A DNA stretch of 64,000 nt from positions 28,923,216-28,987,215 of the forward strand of contig NC_068993.1 in the NCBI RefSeq assembly GCF_001194135.2. The letters run 5' to 3'. Origin of the DNA: Octopus bimaculoides (Eukaryota). The position numbers and the translations under genes were made by a program. The notes beneath the pieces were generated by a model. The model was given only the letters and a program-made list of their open reading frames with translations, searched no databases and was not told where the DNA came from. Below, piece by piece: positions 25,430-36,600 of this stretch (the first letter of the stretch is position 1; each line of letters opens with the position of its first letter).

Positions 25430-26102
25430 CGATGGCAGTACTGCTTGACTGGCATCCGTGCTAGTGGAGCGCTAAGAGCACCATCCAAGTGTGATCGTTG
25501 CCAGGGCCGCTGACTGGCTCCACTGCCAGTGGCATGTAAAAAGCACCATTCGAGCGTGATCGTTACAAGCATCACCGTAATGGCACTTGCTTGCGAAGAC
25601 CTGTTGAGGCAAGTGAAATCAAAATCAAAATCGATAACTGGCATCCATGCAAGTGGAGTGCTAAGAGCACCATCTGAGTGTGATCGTTGCCAAAGCAGCT
25701 GACTGGCTTCTGTGCCGGTGGCACATAAAAAGTACCTTTCAAGTATGATAATTACCAGCATCGCCTTACTGGCACTTGTGCAGGTGACACATGAAAAAAT
25801 ATATTCAAATTCAAGCAAGGTTGTTGCCAGTGCCGCTGGACTGGCTCCTGTGCAGGTGGCATGTAAAAAACACTTGAGCGTGGCCATTGCCAGTACCGTC
25901 TGACTGGCTCTTGTGCCATTGGCATGTAAAAGCTCCCACTACATTCTCAGAGTGGTTGGCATTAGGAAGGGCATCCAGCTGTTGAAACTTTGCCAGATTA
26001 GATTGGAGCCTGGTGCAGCCATCTGGTTCACCAGTCCTCAGTTAAATTGTCCAACCCATGCCAGCATGGAAAGCGGACGTTAAATGATGATGATGATGAT
26101 GA
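25430..26102 (+). mobile_element. RTE 3'UTR (short subfamily) with ~63-bp tandem monomers and (GAT)n tail
   Basis: Repeated GACTGGCT..GTGC.GGTGGCA.GTAAAAAGCACC..GAGCGTG..CGTTGCCAG units (period 63 between 25839 and 25902), then GGAAGGGCATCCAGCTG..AACCCATGCCAGCATGGAAAGCGGACGTTAAATGATG. Confidence 0.85.
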
Positions 26103-27106
26103 TATATATAATATATATATATTATATAATATATACATATATATATATATATATATAATATAAATATATATATATGATATATACANNNNNNNNNNNNNNN
26201 NNNNNNNNNNNNNNNNNNNNNNNNNNNNNNNNNNNNNNNNNNNNNNNNNNNNNNNNNNNNNNNNNNNNNNNNNNNNNNNNNNNNNNNNNNNNNNNNNNNN
26301 NNNNNNNNNNNNNNNNNNNNNNNNNNNNNNNNNNNNNNNNNNNNNNNNNNNNNNNNNNNNNNNNNNNNNNNNNNNNNNNNNNNNNATATATATATATATA
26401 TATATATAAATATATATATATATAATTTATAATATTAGTACTTAATTCAACGCCAGGGATCCATTTCCAAGTAAGTTTATCTTGACCTTTTTGATGTGAC
26501 TTTAGACTGTTTCCTTCTTCCATCCTTCTCTAATTCCCTTTTTCTCCCCTTCCCTGTTTCACCGTTTTCTATCTGTCTCTCTCTCCCTCTCTTTCCTTCT
26601 TTTTTTCTCTCTCTCATTGCTCACACATGACCATTGTCCATCTTTCTTTTTCTCACGTGACCATCTTTCTTTTGCTGCACGGATGTTCAAAGAACTGAAC
26701 GTTTTCTTTCTCTCTCTTCTATCTTTTCTCCTCTCAAAGAAAATATTTCTCCCAGCATTCATTATTCTCCTCTCGTTCTGGTCTAATGACCTTCCATGTT
26801 GTTTTCATTCAGTTTCCTTGTATGTTTCCACTGTCCTGTTTTTGTTCCCAACTTTGACCCTAAATAAATCCTAAATCTTATTCTGGAATTTATGGGAGCA
26901 ATTGTCTTTGAAGACTTGAAATGAGGAGTAGATAGACAGCCGACAACTGATGAAGGGTCGTTCTCTGTGTTTACTTGTCTTGTTTTCCATTTTTTTCTCT
27001 CGTTGTTGTGTATTTAACTCGTTTGTTTTTGTATTTCATGTTGTTTACACAGTTGCTGATGTCCTGTACCCATATATACATATGCATATATATATATACA
27101 CACATA

Positions 27107-27162
<56 letters not shown>

Positions 27163-27699
27163 NNNNNNNNNNGATGAGAGAGGTAAAGTGTTAACTACTT
27201 TAAAGAACTAAAGAGACAGTTCCAGATACTCTTGAAGTAAAGACTTACATTAGATTAATGTAGTTCAGTGGTGAGGGCTGAAGTTATATTTGTACACACA
27301 AATACCCATTTACCTTACCCTTTTCTTTACTAAGTTGTGAGACATTCTCAAAGAGGTCATTATATGTCAGTAAAATGTATAATTACAAGGAAATATGAAT
27401 TAACAAGAATCTTTGGTTCAGACATATATACACACTTTCTTCTTTTTCTCAAACACATACATGCACTCTCTCATCTCTCTCATGCACTCAGTCTTTCTCC
27501 CTGCATGCACACATACTTATGCTCGAACACACACATACACACACACAGTCTCTCTCTCTGACTTTCTCTTACACACATAAACTTTAAAGAGGAGTGTTAG
27601 CAATATGAAATGGAACTTGTAAATAGCCATAGGTCACATGATTCATGCTATGAAATTTTAGTAGGACTTCATTATACTACTGGGACAAAATCTCAAACA

Positions 27700-30600
27700 A
27701 AAAAATTCACACACACATACACCACGTTATGTTTGCTTACTATTAAGAAAAAGTAAAATAAAAAGAAACAACACTGAATGTAAAAATATAACGCAATAAA
27801 AATAAAGATACTGAGTGGACTACCTACAATTTCATGCTTGGCAAGTAGTGCTGCGTTTGCACATATCTGTGCATTAGCAGCCACAGCATGCCTAAGCCAC
27901 TATATAGAGGGGACTAGCAGCAGGTGGAACACCTGATCAGTGAAACACCTGACCAATGGAACATATCCCTTGCACAAGATTTTGATCAAGAGATGCTTTA
28001 ATCTGATCAAGCAGTAACTGGGGAAAGACATGACAGTCAGCTGGTAAACAATAATAGAGATGCTGTTGTCATTCAAGACCTCTACCTTGATCTTTTGGGG
28101 ACAGCTTCCTTTCAGCCCTTTCTGCATAAGACTGGCCACTCTGTTTGTTACCTTGTTTAAATCCCAATCCACCCGGAGATTGGGACTGAACGAGGCACCA
28201 AGTAGTTGAACTGCTCCATTGGTCAAGCACCCCATGATGCCATCAATGACATGGATCTGCTTTGCCAGGTGCTAAGCTGCAAACCTACCTATTTTCCTGT
28301 ATTAGTCTTGATCCTAGCCCCTATCTCATATTCAATGCTGCTTACTATCTCTACTTTGGTGGCATCTGAAACTACGATGTTGATGTCATCTGCATACATT
28401 GACATGAATCTCCTGAAAGCCAGTTTGAAAGGATGCCCAGCTTCAGCAGCAATGGCTTATGAGCCAGCATGCACAAAAACAGCAAGAGCAGGCAGTCCTG
28501 ATGAAGTGTGTGATGCAAAATGGTTCTCAGAGGTGGCTGTTTACTTTAACCACTGAGCAGGTGTTGCTGTGTATTGTAGTGATCCAGCCCCTGAAAATAG
28601 GTTTAAACTCAGCTTACAAGCAATGATGCTTAACCTTTTCAACAGTTTTCAGCTGATGTAAATTGATCAGGGTCCCACTAAAACCAGTTTTTTTCCACTT
28701 CTGTCTCTCATGCATTGCATAAGGTGGAGACTGTTGAGAATAGATCTGTTCAGAATCACACACATGTGCACTTCCTTAGCTAGATCATCAATGAAAAGTG
28801 ACAACCTTTTTGCTAATACCTTTGCCAGAATTTTAAACTTTGTGTGTAGCAAAGTTGTGAGCTGAAAATTGTCCTCTTTGTCAGAATCCTTAGCACCATT
28901 ATCACTCCAAGGCCCACAGCATTAGAAATTCTTCCATTCTGCTGCTAGTTGTGACAGATTCTGCCAAGAAGTTGTCAAACAATTCTGGCATGAACTCAGA
29001 ATCTGTAGTATAGACCATCCAAGCCAAGTGGCTTGTAACTTGCACAACTGGTCATTACCATCTGTATTTCAGCAGCTGTTATTGGTTTTTGCAGAACCTC
29101 ACATCTGCTGGGAGCTGAGGTAGGCCACCAAGATAGGAAGTAAAGTCTAATGCCCTCTCTGACTCATCATCTGCTCCAAGCTGTCAAGCAAAGTACTGCT
29201 TGGAAGTTACACACAATTGCTCTGAATTGAGTAGCACATGCTTGTCCCAATCTATCAAAGAACTTAATGTAGTTTTGTTGTTACACAATACCATTACAAG
29301 TTGGGCCTATTGGACAGCTTTTGCTCCCTCAAGTTTTAGTACATGAGCCTTAACTCTGACGTTTCACATAAAAAAAATGGCCAAGGACTGGCATAGCAAC
29401 CATCATGTCTTTACTAAATGCCTATTCAAAATTGCTAACTAGTTTTTCCTCCCATCAATTTCTTATCATTAGCTCTTCATTAAAGACTATTGATTCTACT
29501 CTAATTGCCCTTTTCAGAGTACCTCACCACATATACCCCTGTCAAATACCACTTAACCAATTCACTAATCTTGTCCCTGTAACCTTTGAGCACCGTTAAG
29601 GATATGTTCAACATCCAGTAACTAGTTCCCAAGTTATGAGTCCTACCTAAGTTGACTGAGCAAACTACAAATTTGTTGTCTGTTTGAACTGTAAGCATCC
29701 TATGCTGTCCCTGTCCACTGCCTTTACAAATACTCTAACTAGATATGATCTAGATGACCCACTGCAGTTGCTCTATGTCCACCCTAGCTCATCAGGGTAA
29801 TCCAGTTGGTATGTCAGAATTGAAAATTTCAGAGTAGGTTTTCAGTGCTATTGTACTCCACCCTCTCCAATGTGCTAACTCCACACAGTCCCTCTGTGCA
29901 TCTAAAATACAGTTCCAATCCTTCATAAGTAGCAGAGTTTGGGATGACCTCAGGAACACTTCTTGACATCTGCAGAAATTAGGCCATCTCATCCCTGTCT
30001 GGTCACAGACAACCACTAATCCTCTCTGCTATTCATGTCCAGGATCACCAGCTTACCATTTGTGTCTAGGAAGATTATCTGTACCTTGAGATCAAAGTAT
30101 TTCTGGAATAAGACTGCCACCCAGCTGCCTGATCCCAACAAACCACAAGATGAAAATATCTCTTAGCTGTTGAAATTGGCATGCATGCATGCATACCAAA
30201 TATCATTGTATCACTGATGGCTACTACATCTATGCCAAGTGATCTGAAGTCACTGAGCATGTAATCTTACTTCCAAGCTAACCCTCGGCTGTGTAAATTT
30301 TATACAGCTAACACTGAGGACAACTACGTTTGTCAAAGAGAGAAAGAAAAAGGGAGAGGTCACTAACCCTTGTCCTTGAGGAGATTGGTTAATTCAGCCA
30401 CCTTGTTGGTGGTGGAAGAGGTACTGTAATGCATTCCTAAGGTTCTTTTTATAGCTTTTAATCTAAAAAGGGCCAATGTTTGAAGGATATTTTCTTTTAA
30501 AATTGCTATGTGTTCATGTTAATTTGAATTATTAATTCAAATTAACGTGAACACATATAGCCTGTTGGGTTTTTTTGGTGGAGGTGCTTATATACTTGTT

Positions 30601-31200
30601 GGTATATGTTATTGTAGTTGATCCTGTGTTTGTTTTTGTTATAGAGCATTTTTTCTTTGTGATTGTAAATGTGAGTACTGGTTGTGTTGTTAGGATTTAG
30701 GTGGTGGTTTGTTGCTGAAGGATGGCTTAAATACAGGTATTTTTTTTTTCAATCTTGCTTTCTGACTTTTGATTTGGTTCAGGTTCTTTGAGTTTTTCTT
30801 CACCTTTGCTTTGATACATTTTTTGTGATGGTTTGTCTTGTTCCTTACACGCAAGGAGTTTTCTCAAATTTGTGTCAGAAGGAAGGAAGGGGTGGATCTG
30901 TAATTGTGTGTGATTGGATTCTCTAAGCTGTTGCACATGTAGGTGAGTGACATTCTCATCTGTTAGGCTGGTTGTTGCGGAACAGCTGTTTCCTAGTTCC
31001 TACTATGCATCTTCATCAAAGCTGTTGTTGTTGTGTTGGCTGTTTTCCACTGCAACTGTTGCTGCAGTAGTGGTGCTTTTACTGCTGTGTTTTTAATTGC
31101 TGCTGTTATTAGTGTAGCTGTTGTGGTTGTGATGTTGATGTGGGCAGAGAGCCTTTAGGTGAGTTGCTCTTGCATGCATGGCATCTAGATTTTCTGCTTT
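27700..31200 (-). mobile_element. L1/Tx1-clade LINE copy 2, strongly decayed, with internal deletions
   Basis: MLSDFRSLGIDVVAISD (APE), KDWNCILDA, FKILAKVLAKRL, LNRSILNSLHLM, WDLNKVTNRVASL..LKGSCP. CAA-rich ORF1 region at 30300-31200. Confidence 0.85.
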
Positions 31201-31984
31201 ATACCATGACTTGCAGTTGTGCCTTGTTTAGCAATTCAAAAACATGGCTTGAAATCTCCAAACCAGTATTAGACCAATTGTACTTGTTATCCATGCTTTA
31301 TCCATTAAGACTATTCTTTCCACCCATACTTGCACCTCCCCCCATATAGCAAACATCTATCCACTCCAACACTACATGTCACAACCTCTTTATGCACCAC
31401 GCCTACCTCATTCGTCCCCCCCCCCCCNNNNNNNNNNNNNNNNNNNNNNNNNNNNNNNNNNNNNNNNNNNNNNNNNNNNNNNNNNNNNNNNNNNNNNNNN
31501 NNNNNNNNNNNNNNNNNNNNNNNNNNNNNNNNNNNNNNNNNNNNNNNNNNNNNNNNNNNNNNNNNNNNNNNNNNNNNNNNNNNNNNNNNNNNNNNNNNNN
31601 NNNNNNNNNNNNNNNNNNNNNNNNNNNNNNNNNNNNNNNNNNNNNNNNNNNNNNNNNNNNNNNNNNNNNNNNNNNNNNNNNNNNNNNNNNNNNNNNNNNN
31701 NNNNNNNNNNNNNNNNNNNNNNNNNNNNNNNNNNNNNNNNNNNNNNNNNNNNNNNNNNNNNNNNNNNNNNNNNNNNNNNNNNNNNNNNNNNNNNNNNNNN
31801 NNNNNNNNNNNNNNNNNNNNNNNNNNNNNNNNNNNNNNNNNNNNNNNNNNNNNNNNNNNNNNNNNNNNNNNNNNNNNNNNNNNNNNNNNNNNNNNNNNNN
31901 NNNNNNNNNNNNNNNNNNNNNNNNNNNNNNNNNNNNNNNNNNNNNNNNNNNNNNNNNNNNNNNNNNNNNNNNNNNNNNNNNNNN

Positions 31985-32069
31985 TTACAGCTGTTTCAAT
32001 TTAGCCTAAAAGATCAAATTACAATAATCAAATCATTGTATTAGGCAAAATTTTATCAGGCAGGTAGAA
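31985..32069 (-). ncRNA. Type I hammerhead motif, family C, left arm (core G8A-mutated)
   Basis: CUGAUAA AAUUU-U-GCCUAA UACAAU..AUUGUA..UUAGGC-U-AAAUU GAA ACAGCUGU A. The consensus of the two arms restores CUGAUGA. Confidence 0.6.
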
Positions 32070-32170
32070 AAGGTATACCTTTAGGTTATTAGGTGTTGTT
32101 TTCAAATCATCTCATCTGAGTTTGCTGAGATGATTTGAAAACAACACCTAATAACCTAATGGTATATCTT

Positions 32171-32260
32171 TTCTACCCCTCTGTTGAGATTTTGTCTAAC
32201 ACAATGATTTAATTATTGTAATTTAATCTTTTAGTTTAAATTGAAACAGCTGTAAGAGAA
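32171..32260 (+). ncRNA. Type I hammerhead motif, family C, right arm (core A6U-mutated)
   Basis: UUCU-ACCC-CU CUGUUGA GAUUU..long helix II..AAAUU GAA ACAGCUGU A^ AG-AGAA. Confidence 0.6.
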
Positions 32261-32334
32261 TATGTTGGATTTTTGCAGATAATAAATTACATTAATGCTA
32301 CTTCTCCATTTTCTAAATTTTCTTTTGTATATAT

Positions 32335-33285
32335 ATGTATATCATCAACATTGTTTAACGTACGTTTTCCATGCTGGCATGGGTTGGATGGTTTGACTGA
32401 GGTCTGGAGAGCCAGTGGCTGCACCAGGCTCCAATCTGATCTAGCAGTGTTTCTACAGCTGGATGCCTTTCCTAACACCTACCACTCCAAGAGTGTAGTG
32501 GGTGCTTTTTTATGTGCCACTGGCACAGGAGCTAGTCAAGCAGGCCTGGCATGTATCACATTTGGATGGTGCTTTTTATGTACCACCAGCATGGGAGCCA
32601 GTCTGGGGATACTGGCATTGGCCACATTCAGTTGGTGCTCTTTACGTGCCACCAGTATGGGAGCCAGTCAGGCAGACCTGGCATCAACCATGTTCAGATG
32701 GTGCTTTTTACATGCCACCAGAGCAGGAGCCAGTCAGGGGGAACTGGCCACAGCTACGATATTGGTTTTACTTGATTCAACAGGTCTTCTCAAGCATATT
32801 ATATCACCTGACGCATCAGGAGCATTCTTAACAGGGCCAGACATGCGTGGCTGTGACCTCACTTTAGTTTCCGGGTCTTCTCAATCACAGCATATTTCCA
32901 AAGGTCCCAGTCTCCTGTCATTGCCTCTGTGAGGCCCAATGTTTAAAGGTCATGCTTCACCACCTCATCTCATGTCTTTCTGGGTCTACCTCTTCCACAG
33001 GTTCCTTCTACAGTTAGGGAGTGGCACTTCCTCACACGGCTGTCCTCATTCATTCACAACACATGACCATACTAGTGCAGTCGCCTTTCTTGCCACATTT
33101 GATGCTTCTTAAGCCCAACTTTTCTCTCAGGGCACTTACACTCGGTCGTGTATGCACACTGACATTACACATCCAGCAGATCATACAAGCTTCATTTCTT
33201 TCAAGCCTATACATGTCCTCAGCATTCACGACCCATGTTTCACTGCCGTGTAGCATGGCAGTTTGCACATATGCATCATACAGTC
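32335..33285 (-). mobile_element. RTE LINE 3' end (ORF C-terminus + monomer-containing 3'UTR)
   Basis: AMLHGSETWVVNAEDMYRLERNE..SALREKLGLRSI, followed by the same 3'UTR and tail as 25430-26102. Confidence 0.9.
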
Positions 33286-33613
33286 TNNNNNNNNNNNNNN
33301 NNNNNNNNNNNNNNNNNNNNNNNNNNNNNNNNNNNNNNNNNNNNNNNNNNNNNNNNNNNNNNNNNNNNNNNNNNNNNNNNNNNNNNNNNNNNNNNNNNNN
33401 NNNNNNNNNNNNNNNNNNNNNNNNNNNNNNNNNNNNNNNNNNNNNNNNNNNNNNNNNNNNNNNNNNNNNNNNNNNNNNNNNNNNNNNNNNNNNNNNNNNN
33501 NNNNNNNNNNNNNNNNNNNNNNNNNNNNNNNNNNNNNNNNNNNNNNNNNNNNNNNNNNNNNNNNNNNNNNNNNNNNNNNNNNNNNNNNNNNNNNNNNNNN
33601 NNNNNNNNNNNNN

Positions 33614-36600
33614 ATTCGTTGTTGTACCGTTTTTGTGGATTTACGTGTTTTTTTTTATCTTTTATGTTTCCCTATCGGGAAGGTAAGGTGAAAAACCTTT
33701 TTAACTTTAATTGTGCAATTGAAACTTTCTTCAAGCCGTTGTAGGCTTTTTCTTGTGCCATGCCCCACAAGAGGGTGGGGAGAGCAAGATTTGTTGTTAT
33801 TGTGAATTAACTGTTTGTGTTCGTTGGAGTACCGATTTTATAGATTTATATGTGCTTTTGATTTTTTTACGCTTCTCTATTGAGAAGGTAAGGTGAAAAA
33901 CGTTTTTGCGCAATTGAAACTTTTTTCAAGCCTTTGTAGGCTTTTTTCTTGTGCCACGCCCCCTAAAGGGGGTGGGGATTTGAGCTAATTTTTGGTGAAC
34001 ATTTTACAAACTTGTTTTTTTGTGTGTCTATAATTTCGACTGAGCATGTTGGTCGAAATTTTAAAAGAAAAAATTCCAAAAGAAAACTCTCTTTATAAGA
34101 GTAATGTTAATAGTAAAAAGTTTTCTGACGTTGCTGTTGTGGAAACGAAGACCATTGTTTTGAACAATGAAGATTTGGAGGAATATTTTTCTAGGATGAA
34201 GGAGGAAGATGGGGATATCAAGATAACGCCCGTATTCGATGTTGAAGAAATAGAGAAAAGAACTGTGGTCTTCAGATCCTTCTGTATGGAAGGAAGACAT
34301 TTCAAACATCTTAAGGAAAATGTTGAGAAATGCCTTGCCCCTGTGTGGAATGATATTACACATATCACAAGGGGCGAGGTTTTCACAACCATTAGTCCGT
34401 TTCAAGACAGAGAAGTGGGCTCTCAAGTACTCGGTTAGCCCCTTGAAGACGAAGGAAGTGACACTTCTGCCCTCTTATAGGGGAAGACGTACTTCCCATG
34501 TGAAGGTGACAGAGATGCCACCGGAAATAGATCCTCAGGAGGTGATGGCTGCCCCGTTGTACAACAGGACAGACAAAATACAATTCCTTCAGATTTCATG
34601 CACTGCCTCCCAATACTGGACAGGGCAGAGCATTTCAGCCATCTTCCAGGGGGCACTGGAAGACATTGAAAACCTTCCAGACTGGGTACGCGTGGGTGAA
34701 AAAGTTACCCACTAAGTTCAAGCAGAGGGTAAAAAGGTTACTTGCTTCGAATGTGGAAAAAAAGGCCAAGAAAATAACTGTTACAGACACCAGTCCCCGC
34801 AACTATTCAAAACATCCTCCCCACAAAACCAAATGCTCCCACACCCCCTGTTGTGGTGCCACCCCCAAACAAAGTAATGAAAAGACCCAACCCCAACATT
34901 CACAAGCCCCCACATTAATAAAAAAAACCCACCCTCTTGATTTCTGAGGTACCCTGTGTTTCAAACATAATGTCCCAAGACGACACCATGAAGGTGTTCG
35001 AAGGGGAATTTGTGCCAATTCGCAAACGTTTACATGCACCCTCCCCACCCACATCTCCCACAAGAAAAAAAGACAATCATACACCACAGATAACAATAAA
35101 AACCTCGCTCCACCATCCTGGAAAAAACCCACAAAAGAACAATGAAGAAATAATTTTAACTGAATATGACACTAAAGATGATTATTTGGAAAGACAAATT
35201 CCACAACACCATTTGGTGAAACTTTTGCATCCAAATAATGACACACATATGAGACATGCCTGGATGGGGATAACCCTATACAGGCAGATGAAAGATAGGT
35301 ATCCGAGAGGCATAAGGAGGCTCATAGACCCACCTGAACGCCTGAAGAAGGACAGAAAGGAGGGAGCCGACTCACGTTTGGTGAGGTTGGCCCCTGCATC
35401 TCCAAGTAAGGGTAAGTAGAGCCTTTGTTTTTTTTTTCCTCCGGTTTATGGCTTCACTTAACTTGGGGTGCTTAAATGTACATGATCTGAGCTCGAAGTG
35501 GAAGCAAGCTTGCCTCCTTGATGCCCTCAGATCACGTGATATACATGTGATGGTTGCTACAGCAACCAAGCTGGACAGTCTACAAACCTTCTCACCCATC
35601 CTGAATGGCCATGAGAAAATCATGTCTCCTAGCCAGACTGGAGGTCGAGGGCGTGTAGTAGTACTTGTCCAAAAAGGCTTGACTCTACAGACAAGTACAG
35701 TCTACATGGACCCTGAAGGTGGTCTGGTCGTCCTTGATATGACAATACAGTGGTAGAGCCTTCAGGCTGATCGGAATCTATGCACCCTGTGCTAGAGGAT
35801 TACAAACTGATTTTTATCAGTGCCTGGAGAACTTTCTCATAACATCGAAAACATTAGTGGTGTTAGGTGACTATAACACTATCGTTGACGCACGCATCAA
35901 TAGCATTGGCTCGATTGATAGGAAAACAAACTCACGTCTCATAGATCTGCTTAAGCGATTTCAGCTAGCAGATCGTTACAGACTTGACCATCCGAATGTC
36001 CTAGAGTGGACCTGGATGAATGGCAACAGAAGGTTCAAGTCTGACTTAGATAGGATAGTGAAAAGAGCTAGAAATAAAGCTAGCTTTAGTTGTCCACAGC
36101 TTGTTCCGGTATCCTACACTGACCATAGAATGGTTAAGTGTAGGCTGAATGTAGATAGAAAGGATCCAGTTACTGGAAGCTGAACAAGTCTATTTTGACT
36201 TGTGAGGCATACTGTAGCTGGATTAAGGAACTAATACAGAGGGCGTTAACCAGCTCCGTGGTTAATAACCGGTGGTGGTTCACCCTCAAAAGTGCCACTC
36301 ATTTCGAGTCTGTTAGGTTTAGCCATCAGTTAAGTCTAGACAAGGCGAGAATAGAAGGGAAACTAGTTAAGGACTTAGAGGAGGCTCTGCATCCCACATT
36401 TTGGCAGCAAGAACGGCCTTGGACCGTCACCTCAAAGCAAAACATGAGGGATGTAGAGTTCGTGCCAAAGTGTGAGCATTGGGCCATAAGGGAATTAATG
36501 TTGCTGGATGGGCCCATATGGTAGAAACCAAGCATGGCAATGATGCCACAATTAGGTCTCTGACTGATAACAGTGGGAGTTCAGTTGAAGGATGGAACGA

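Larger units (their letters stand above)
31985..32270. repeat. Foldback palindrome: 130-bp arms (31985-32114 / 32126-32255) with an 11-bp spacer; each arm carries a hammerhead motif pointing outward
   Basis: About 14 mismatches in 130 bp, with the inner 34 bp perfect. Termini TTACAGCTGTTTC and GAAACAGCTGTAA. The left end abuts a gap. Confidence 0.92.

Noticed and set aside
25430-25935. CRISPR-like repeat array
   Set aside because: The units are contiguous diverged monomers without unique spacers, in a eukaryotic LINE 3'UTR.
26947-26953. CTGATGA as a hammerhead core
   Set aside because: There is no helix II or GAAA downstream, and the upstream TTGTC/GACAA pairing does not give an NUH site.
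27693-27884. 63-aa ORF with a hydrophobic tail as a membrane peptide
   Set aside because: It is the L1 ORF2 C-terminus plus the T-rich 3'UTR.
32273-32932. 219-aa ORF with repeated FL.ATG.GASQ units
   Set aside because: It is the antisense translation of the 63-bp RTE 3'UTR monomers. The period is a multiple of 3, which keeps the frame open.
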